Source of the DNA: Schmidtea nova
Lineage: Eukaryota
Length of the DNA stretch: 63,437 nt
Direction: 5' to 3'
NCBI GenBank assembly: GCA_044892505.1
Contig: CM097883.1
Coordinates: 380,060,564 to 380,124,000 of the forward strand
The translations under genes and the position numbers were made by a program. This document shows, one piece after another, positions 1 to 7,549 of this stretch (position 1 is its first letter; every line of letters starts with the position of its first letter). The notes below the pieces were generated by a model, which saw only the letters and a program-made list of their open reading frames with translations, was not told the origin of the DNA and searched no databases.

Positions 1-819
1 TACTTATAAAATACTAATTGTAATAAAAAAAAATAATATAAAAAAATAATATTAAATAAAATATTATTACTTATAAAATATTATTAGTAATAAAAATAAT
101 ATTAAATAAAATAATACTTATAAAATAATTATAAAAAAAATTCTTATAAAATAATAATAGTTAAAATAATGATAAAAAAACTATTTAAAACTTTTGAAAA
201 TTGCGCTTAAAATTTACTTTGATTAAACAAAATGACACTAAAATTCAAAAATTGCGAGAAAATATTTAAAATTTAAACAAAAATTTCGCAAAAAAATGTT
301 AAAACAAAAAACGACCTTGACCTCGAAATGACCTTGACCTCGAAACGACCTTGAACTTTGACCTCGATTACGTAACCTCGATGTCATAACTCATGTGCTA
401 TGTAAAAAGCCCGCGAAATATTATGTAATAACGTGTGTGCTATGTAAACCCCGAGAATTATATAATGATTAAGTAATCATATGTACTATGTAAAGTCCGA
501 TCGATTAACTAATATACACACATAGGGGTATTGACGCAGACCTGACATAGCCTCCTACTAAGGATACGAAGAAAAAACGAATCGCTGATCTAATACATTT
601 GTTTGCAAAATATATTTGACTAGCACATCTTATTACGCTCAACAATATTATTGTCTTCACATTAGTAGATATTGTACTGTCACGTATATGACATGATTAT
701 ATAAGTATATTATACAATATCAGTTAGGTCTTGAAGGTAATTTAACCCGATCACTATACTATATTAAATTATTACATAAGTATGTTTGTGTGATGTGTGT
801 TGTTATTGTTCATAGCATT

Positions 820-1221
820 CAGATACTCCTCAAGGAGAGTTTCTCAGTTGTATTATAGTCAATAAATCGTTGATGACTCTAACACATCCAATCCCATATG
901 ATTATAAATTTGAGTACAGAGATAATGTTGAATCTCTACGATGAATGTGACATTACATCTATTACAAGTAAAATGCTTTACAAGATTAGAATTAAGAATA
1001 ATTTATGTCCAAGATTTTTACTGAAAAATAAGTAACTTGTGAGACTTTTAGATTAGTCTAACATTTATAGTTCTAATATTTTTAAGGTGTTTAAAACCTC
1101 TAAAAACGGTAATATCATAGCAGAATCTTCAGAAATGGACAAGGAAATTTCATTATTTCATCAAATATGGTATTACTGCTCCCAGGAAATGCCCCATGGT
1201 TACCATCAGTTGAGCCTGTTA
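820..1221 (+). CDS. Probable exons of the host semaphorin-like gene (Sema domain, N-terminal part)
   Basis: Frames HPIPYDYKF and IFRNG..PWLPSVEPV echo the Sema CPYDP and IYR..WL motifs. The GTAGGC donor at 1222 is in phase with the acceptor at 12662. Confidence 0.5.
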
Positions 1222-1351
1222 GTAGGCAGGGCGTATTGGCAAAGCATCAGTAGGTAGATGTGTGGAGCCGGGAACAAAGACATTATGACTCATGCGTGGG
1301 CGGAAAAAAACAAAGACCCCCCCCCCTCCCCAGGGGGTAGAAAAAATTTTT

Positions 1352-1415
1352 TGATGAGTCATCGATGAGTCATCGATGAGTCATAATTTTTTTTGATGAG
1401 TCATCGATGAGTCAT
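1352..1415. promoter_or_regulatory. Subterminal cluster of TGAGTCA (AP-1/bZIP consensus) in GATGAGTCATC repeats
   Basis: Five copies here, more in the mirror at 12397-12500. The motif match is direct; binding is only inferred. Confidence 0.5.
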
Positions 1416-1426
1416 ACTTTTTTTTC

Positions 1427-2385
1427 AAATTTTTTTTTCGCGCCAAAAACTTTTTTTCAAATTTTTTTTTCGCGCCAAAAAATTTTTTTCAAATTTTTTT
1501 TTCGCGCCAAAATTTTTTTTTCAAATTTTTTTTTCGCGCCAAAATTTTTTTTTCAAATTTTTTTTCGCGCCAAAAACTTTTTTTCAAATTTTTTTTTTCG
1601 CGCCAAAAAAATTTTTTCAAATTTTTTTTTCGCGCTAAAATTTTTTTTTCAAATTTTTTTTTCGCGCCAAAAACTTTTTTTCAAATTTTTTTTTTGCGCC
1701 AAAATTTTTTTTTCAAATTTTTTTTTCGCGATAAAAACTTTTTTTCAAATTTTTTTTTTGCGCCAAAATTTTTTTTTCAAATTTTTTTTTCGCGCCAAAA
1801 AATTTTTTTCAAATTTTTTTTTCGCGCCAAAATTTTTTTTTCAAATTTTTTTTTCGCGCCAAAAACTTTTTTTCAAATTTTTTTTTTCGCGCCAAAAAAA
1901 TTTTTTCAAATTTTTTTTTCGCGCCAAAATTTTTTTTTCAAATTTTTTTTTCGCGCCAAAAACTTTTTTTCAAATTTTTTTTTCGCGCCAAAATTTTTTT
2001 TTCAAATTTTTTTTTCGCGCCAAAAAATTTTTTTCAAATTTTTTTTTCGCGCCAAAATTTTTTTTTCAAATTTTTTTTCGCGCCAAAAACTTTTTTTCAA
2101 ATTTTTTTTTTCGCGCCAAAAAAATTTTTTCAAATTTTTTTTTCGCGCCAAAATTTTTTTTTCAAATTTTTTTTTCGCGCCAAAAACTTTTTTTCAAATT
2201 TTTTTTTTGCGCCAAAATTTTTTTTTCAAATTTTTTTTTCGCGCCAAAAAATTTTTTTCAAATTTTTTTTTCGCGCCAAAATTTTTTTTTCAAATTTTTT
2301 TTCGCGCCAAAAACTTTTTTTCAAATTTTTTTTTCGCGCCAAAATTTTTTTTAAATTTTTTTTTTCGCGCCAAAAAATTTTTTTC
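1427..2385. repeat. Tandem array of about 30-bp units, each containing TTTCGCGCCAAA (E2F-type double site)
   Basis: Unit T(n)CAAAT(n)CGCGCCAAAA repeated about 30 times, read directly from the sequence. Confidence 0.9.
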
Positions 2386-3025
2386 AAATTTTTTTTTTTA
2401 GACAAATTTTTTTAACACAAATTTTTTTTTTAGACAAATTTTTTTAGCCAAATTTTTTTTTAACACAAATTTTTTTTAAGACAAATTTTTTTAACACAAT
2501 TTTTTTTTTAGACAAATTTTTGAAGACATTTTTTTTTAACACAAATTTTTTTTGACAAATTTTTTTTGACAAATTTTTTAAGACATTTTTTTTTTTTCGC
2601 GCCAAAAAATTTTTAAATTTTTTTTTTAGACAAATTTTTTTAGCCAAATTTTTCAAGACAATTTTTTTATAATACAAATTTTTTTTTTAGACAAATTTTT
2701 TTAGCCAAATTTTTTTTTAACACAAATTTTTTTTAAGACAAATTTTTTTAACACAATTTTTTTTTAGACAAATTTTTGAAGACATTTTTTTTTAACACAA
2801 ATTTTTTTTGACAAATTTTTTTTGACATTTTTTTTAACACCAATTATTTTTTTTACAAAAATTTTTTTATTTAAGACAAATTTTTTATAACACAAAATTA
2901 GAGTCATCAAAAATATTTGCAACAGGTGTGCAAACTAAACAAAGACATTGTTGTATGTGTGCATGTTTAATTAATTAGTATTTGTCAAGTATGAAGCTTT
3001 TGCACATCAAAACCATCACAGAAGA

Positions 3026-3109
3026 GGTTCTGCTTCCAGGGTTCTGCTTCCAGGGTTCTGCTTCCAGGGTTCTGCTTCCAGGGTTCTGCTTCCAGGGTTC
3101 TGCTTCCAG
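3026..3109. repeat. 14-bp tandem repeat GGTTCTGCTTCCAG x6
   Basis: Read directly; two copies in the right TIR. Confidence 0.9.
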
Positions 3110-3189
3110 GGTTCTGATCGCAATGTTCTGCTACTAATGTTGTTATTTATTCAATTAATTATTTCACAAATTATTATTTTTCAAACTAA

Positions 3190-3390
3190 AAAAAGACTTT
3201 GCAACACGCGTGCAAGTTAACAAAGACATTGCAACACACGTGCAAGGACTTTGCAACACGCGTGCAACATGAACAAGGACTTTGCAATACACATGCAAAC
3301 TAAACAAGGACTTTGCAACATGCATGCAAACTAAACAAAGACATTGCAACACACATGCAACACTTTGCAACACATGTGCAACATAAACAA
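3190..3390. repeat. Degenerate tandem TTGCAACAC(G/A)-type repeats inside the TIR
   Basis: Repeated TTGCAA cores with AACAAAGAC/AACAAGGAC spacers; mirrored at about 11480-11680. Confidence 0.75.
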
Positions 3391-3415
3391 AGACATTAAA
3401 AAGCCAAAATAAAAT

Positions 3416-3760
3416 TTATTTATAAATATATTGTTGTGTGCGTGTACAAAATTTAGTTTCAAAATTATTTACATCTAAATTATTACTCGGAATATTACTC
3501 ATAGGAATATTATTCATTGTAATATTAGTATTTTTCGGAATATTATTCTTTGGAATATTTGACATCTTCTCCAACCGTATGGATGCCGATAACATCATTA
3601 TAATTATTAATATAAATAAACTTATATAATGTAATACAACTGATGTTTTTTCGTTTTCAACTGTTTGATTTTGGTATCTGACTTCATATTCTTTTTTAAC
3701 AAAGGTTTGATTGATACATTTTAATCGTTCAACTATTTTCATCATTATTTTGTTAATCAT
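3416..3760 (-). CDS. Tandem-duplicated stalk+TM segment with an Asn/Pro-rich cytoplasmic tail
   Basis: The first 58 or so aa are nearly identical to the C-terminal part of 3763-4161; the DNA at about 3590-3760 duplicates about 3765-3950. Confidence 0.55.
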   Translation of the reverse strand: MINKIMMKIVERLKCINQTFVKKEYEVRYQNQTVENEKTSVVLHYISLFILIIIMMLSASIRLEKMSNIPKNNIPKNTNITMNNIPMSNIPSNNLDVNNFETKFCTRTQQYIYK

Positions 3761-3762
3761 TT

Positions 3763-4161
3763 TTATAATAACATCATTATAATTATTAATATAAATAAAC
3801 TTATATAATGTAATACAATTGATGTTTTTTCGTTTTCAACTGTTTGATTTTGGTATCTGACTTCATATTCTTTTTTAACAAAGGTTTGATTGATACACTT
3901 TAATCGTTCAACTATTTTCATCATTATTTTGTTAATCATTTTTTCAATATCATTATTAATCACATTATTTTTGGAAGGACATTGATTACATTGTAATTTT
4001 ATTTGATTGCATTCAATGTTTGAGTAAAGACATATATCGTTATAGCTCGCGCAAGTACTATCTTGTTTTCGAAACGGATGAGATGATTGACAATCTTCCA
4101 AAGCTTGTTCTCCTTCAGTATTGTGAATACATAATAATAAAATAAGTATATTTAATTTCAT
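3763..4161 (-). CDS. Small predicted type I membrane protein, N-terminal part (signal peptide, Cys-rich domain, stalk, TM)
   Basis: Hydrophobic N-terminus MKLNILILLLC, six Cys in about 40 aa, C-terminal hydrophobic stretch VLHYISLFILIIIMMLL. Confidence 0.6.
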   Translation of the reverse strand: MKLNILILLLCIHNTEGEQALEDCQSSHPFRKQDSTCASYNDICLYSNIECNQIKLQCNQCPSKNNVINNDIEKMINKIMMKIVERLKCINQTFVKKEYEVRYQNQTVENEKTSIVLHYISLFILIIIMMLL

Positions 4162-4225
4162 TTTAAAAACAAAAACTAATATAAAAACTAAATTTGTTCA
4201 TACTAAAATATTTATTAAAAAACAA

Positions 4226-4642
4226 TTATGCGTATCTTGCATTGTCAACTCTCCAAATCGGAGTAACAACATCTTTTTTATCAATCTTGTATCCCTGGAT
4301 AATAATGGTAACGAACCAGTGTTCTTGATCCACGAAATCAATAGTTTGAAAAGCATCATGAAACCGAGTTTTTCTGTTATTGATGTACATGGTTTCTTTA
4401 CATGTCAAATTAACAATGATCTTTGAAAATAATCGATTTAATGCGATAATATCTTCCTTGGCAATAATTACAGCAAGACTGTCATATAAAGATTTTGTTA
4501 ACTTTACCGGAAATGATAATCGATACGGTATTTCATTAACCAAAAAATAAATTCTGCTGTCATAGTACATCTGAACTGGTTTTACCTCAGTCTGATATAT
4601 TTTTTCTTCGCTTATATCAAGATTTTGTTTTCGTGATTGCAT
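4226..4642 (-). CDS. Orphan family A protein (138 aa), homologous to 62249-62629
   Basis: Aligns by eye over its length with the 126-aa ORF at 62249 (e.g. IYFLVNEI..PVKL, TMYINNRKTRFHDAFQ vs TIYINNKKTYFHDTFQ). Confidence 0.8.
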   Translation of the reverse strand: MQSRKQNLDISEEKIYQTEVKPVQMYYDSRIYFLVNEIPYRLSFPVKLTKSLYDSLAVIIAKEDIIALNRLFSKIIVNLTCKETMYINNRKTRFHDAFQTIDFVDQEHWFVTIIIQGYKIDKKDVVTPIWRVDNARYA

Positions 4643-4882
4643 GTTGTGACAATATTTTATAAAATGTCTTTGTATTTATACTGATGACTGGATGTCTTTG
4701 TCCAATCATATTCATGCATTTGTTTTGCACACACTATGCACATGTATTGCAATGTCTTTGTTGTATGCGTGCATGTATAATTAATTAGTATGTGTTTAGT
4801 ATGAAGCTTTTGCACATCAAAACCATCACAGAATAGGTTCTGCTTCCAGGGTCCTGCTCCGAATGTCCGGTTACTAATGTCC

Positions 4883-4913
<31 letters not shown>

Positions 4914-5191
4914 TTTTATAATACTACTACTTTCTTTCTGAATAGTATTTAATAAAAAAAAAGTTTTTTAGCTTTTATATACAGTTAATAAAAAACTACT
5001 ACTACTTAAAATGCTTTAATAAAAAACTATTACTATTATTATTTAAATAAAAACTAAAATGAATAAAAAACTTTTATTTAACTAAAATGAAAATTAAAAA
5101 AACTAAAATGAATAAAAAAACTTTTATTCAACAAAAATAATAAAAATGACACAACAAATGACAACAACAACAACAACAACAACAACAACAT

Positions 5192-5746
5192 TCACATGTC
5201 CGATGGTTCACCGCGAAGAGATTGGCAACCATCATTATCATCACTATTATTCTCATCACCATCACAATCTTCTGCCTTTCGATGGCATTGCTTACAATCA
5301 GGAGATTGTGGCGATTCCAAACATTCATTGGATTCATCAGATGGAAACGGACCATCGAGTGTTGGTGCTTCCAAATCTGTTGTTGTTTTTTCATCTGCAT
5401 CAATCGGCTCCGGAGTAGAGTTGGGCCATGTTTCCTTGATATGGTCCTCCTCATCGATTTTGTCCATTTGCCGGACTTCGTATAATTTGAGGGAATTCCT
5501 CAAAACCCAAATGTTGAATTGGCGAATGCGTTCAACACAACTTCCGCATTGATATGCGCACATAATGTGTTCGGGTACCATTGGTAGATCGGTATTCTGG
5601 CTCGTCATGTGGTCCAGGACGATCTGGTTTATATCAATACCAGTCAGGACCATAATTTTATATGGGAACATCTCCGGAGCCGTGTAGACCAGAGCTGGCA
5701 TAAGATTTGGGAACAGTTCCTCCAGCTTCCTATATATTATGTTCAT
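5192..5746 (-). CDS. Orphan family B protein (184 aa, acidic low-complexity tail), homologous to 60412-60717
   Basis: VYTAPEMFPYKI..IDINQIVLDHM..CVERIRQFNIWVLRNSL aligns with IYFAPDIIPFRI..IDFNAVLLDHL..FVDRLKNYHVWILKNEL. Confidence 0.78.
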   Translation of the reverse strand: MNIIYRKLEELFPNLMPALVYTAPEMFPYKIMVLTGIDINQIVLDHMTSQNTDLPMVPEHIMCAYQCGSCVERIRQFNIWVLRNSLKLYEVRQMDKIDEEDHIKETWPNSTPEPIDADEKTTTDLEAPTLDGPFPSDESNECLESPQSPDCKQCHRKAEDCDGDENNSDDNDGCQSLRGEPSDM

Positions 5747-6016
5747 TAACTTTTCTAAATAAAAAAAAAATTAAATTTATTAAATAAATAATTAAAATCC
5801 TTACGGCTTTTAATTACGGTTTGCGTAAGAGACATATTAGTGAATATAAACTATTTGAGATTGTTCATAGTATATATATATATATCAAAGAAACACACAT
5901 GATTTGAAACACATATAATGAACCAATCAGAATCAAGCATGCACAACATGTCTTTATTCTATCGATACACACAGAGCCAATCAGAATCGTGCATTTCTAA
6001 TGCATAGATATTGCAA

Positions 6017-6550
6017 TCATGAGTCACGTGTTAGTATGAAATCAACAAAGGCTTTATCTTCTATAATTGATTTTATATCGTTAATAATATCATCAACTAT
6101 AGTACTATAGTCTTTGTTTTTTAATCCTAATATGACTAATTTCCCACTTGCAAATATATTTACACACATGGGATTATATTTGGTATATCTCAAAGCTGGA
6201 AATAATTCTGGCTCGTAAACACATGGTATTAATTTCGATAATTCATTCAAATTACAAATAAATCCTAAATCCGCAGTTACAGTTATCGATTGTATTGTTA
6301 AATCGTAAAACTCAACTTGTTCGTCACTAATAAATTCCCTGCATCCCATTATTCTATATCTTCCTGTTTTAAAGTATATTATTGGGTATTTCCCACTTCG
6401 ATCTACAATTTGCTGGGGTTTTCCTTTTGGAAATTTCATGTGTGATACATCTGTCTTACCTTTATAATTAATGTTTCTAATCATTACTGAAAATAATTTT
6501 AAAATGAAATAATTACTTTGAGAACTAGTATTTAAAACAAATATAAACAA
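6017..6550 (-). CDS. Divergent TATA-box-binding-protein-like protein (likely true start at Met 6484)
   Basis: C-terminal TBP repeat is clear: IQSITVTADLG..YEPELFPALRY..VNIFASGKLVILGLK (compare TBP YEPELFPGLIY..LIFVSGKIVLTGAK). The N-terminal repeat is degenerate: IRNINYKG..IIYFKTGRYRIMG. Intronless. Confidence 0.9.
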   Translation of the reverse strand: MFIFVLNTSSQSNYFILKLFSVMIRNINYKGKTDVSHMKFPKGKPQQIVDRSGKYPIIYFKTGRYRIMGCREFISDEQVEFYDLTIQSITVTADLGFICNLNELSKLIPCVYEPELFPALRYTKYNPMCVNIFASGKLVILGLKNKDYSTIVDDIINDIKSIIEDKAFVDFILTRDS

Positions 6551-6578
6551 TAATATTAAGAAAATATAATTTTTAAAT

Positions 6579-7202
6579 ATGGAATTAAGAAATGATGCAG
6601 TGTTTCAAATTGTTGGTTCGAGCGGGAGTGGAAAAACTTTATTTGTTTGTAAATTATTGCAATCGAAATTATTCAAATCAAAATTTAATAATATTTATTG
6701 GCATAGGGGTGCTGACGATGAAAGCGGAATGACACAAGATCAGTTTTGTAAAATAAAAATGACAATCATTAAAGGTTTCGATAAAAACTGGTCATCTAGA
6801 TTAAAACAAGGTGATGTGATTATCATTGACGACTTGTATCAAGAAGCAAATAAAGAAAAGGATTTCAATAACTTATTTACGAAAATCAGTAGACATAAAG
6901 GTGTTACTGTTATTTTTATAACTCAGAATTTATTTCATCAGGGCGGTAGTCATCGAACTCGTAATTTAAATGTTCAATATCTTGTTGTGTTTAAAAATCC
7001 TAGAGATGCAACAGTTATTGATTTTCTGGCAAGACAAGCTTATCCTTCTAATCGTAACTTTTTGATTGAAGCCTTTCAAGATGCTACAAAATCTCCTCAT
7101 GGATATATTTTCCTGGATTTTACTCAACAATGCAGTGATGATTTACGAGTTAGAACTGATATTTTTAACCCTGAAGGAGCCATGGTTTATAAACAAAGTT
7201 AA
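6579..7202 (+). CDS. A32/FtsK-HerA-like DNA packaging ATPase of Polinton type
   Basis: Walker A GSSGSGKT, Walker B VIIIDD, downstream ISRH..VTVIFITQNLF and YIFLDF motifs typical of Polinton ATPases; intact 207 aa. Confidence 0.92.
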   Translation: MELRNDAVFQIVGSSGSGKTLFVCKLLQSKLFKSKFNNIYWHRGADDESGMTQDQFCKIKMTIIKGFDKNWSSRLKQGDVIIIDDLYQEANKEKDFNNLFTKISRHKGVTVIFITQNLFHQGGSHRTRNLNVQYLVVFKNPRDATVIDFLARQAYPSNRNFLIEAFQDATKSPHGYIFLDFTQQCSDDLRVRTDIFNPEGAMVYKQS

Positions 7203-7222
7203 ATTGATTTACAGTAATAATA

Positions 7223-7549
7223 ATGTTAATGAAATCTCGAGTAAAGTTTGAGCCATTGATAAAGGCTAGAACAAAGAAAGTGGGAAAGAAAACAAAGAAA
7301 CTATTTACAAAGAAATCTATAAATAAATCAAGAATGAAATTAAAAAAGAAATCAAGATCCAAGAAAATAAATATGGATAATATTCCCAAAAATAATTTGA
7401 AATCTAATGCTAAACAAGTACATCATCGGAGTTTACCATTTTTTAATGCATTACTTAAAGCCCCCTCAGTTAGAAGAATGGGTATTCTTCAATCGTTTCC
7501 TAGTTACGTCATCGATGATTTACTCGCTATTTTAATTAAAGTCGCATGA
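7223..7549 (+). CDS. Basic (Lys-rich) putative core/DNA-binding protein, probably C-truncated
   Basis: Very Lys/Arg-rich N-terminal half. The C-terminal FFNALLKAPSVRRMGIL..VIDDLLAIL resembles, from memory, the small ORF that follows the ATPase in invertebrate Polintons. It ends abruptly where pPolB begins. Confidence 0.5.
   Translation: MLMKSRVKFEPLIKARTKKVGKKTKKLFTKKSINKSRMKLKKKSRSKKINMDNIPKNNLKSNAKQVHHRSLPFFNALLKAPSVRRMGILQSFPSYVIDDLLAILIKVA

Larger units (their letters stand above)
1249..3437. repeat. Left terminal inverted repeat of the Polinton-like element (at least 2.2 kb, with internal tandem arrays)
   Basis: Reverse complement of 11432-12597 apart from copy-number differences in the tandem arrays. 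The inner limit is hidden by the N gap on the right side. Confidence 0.92.

Noticed and set aside
1407-2677. Long Phe/Lys-rich ORFs
   Set aside because: They are translations of the T-rich tandem array, which lacks stop codons; no evidence of coding.
1427-2900. CRISPR-like regular repeats
   Set aside because: No unique spacers (units differ only in homopolymer length), eukaryotic context and no cas genes.
3164-3373. 69-aa Cys/Val-rich ORF duplicated at 11496-11705
   Set aside because: Translation of the TTGCAA repeat inside the TIRs; the identity reflects TIR symmetry.
6017-6550. The host's housekeeping TBP gene
   Set aside because: Intronless, strongly divergent in the first repeat and enclosed by the element's TIRs and TSD; host TBPs are highly conserved.
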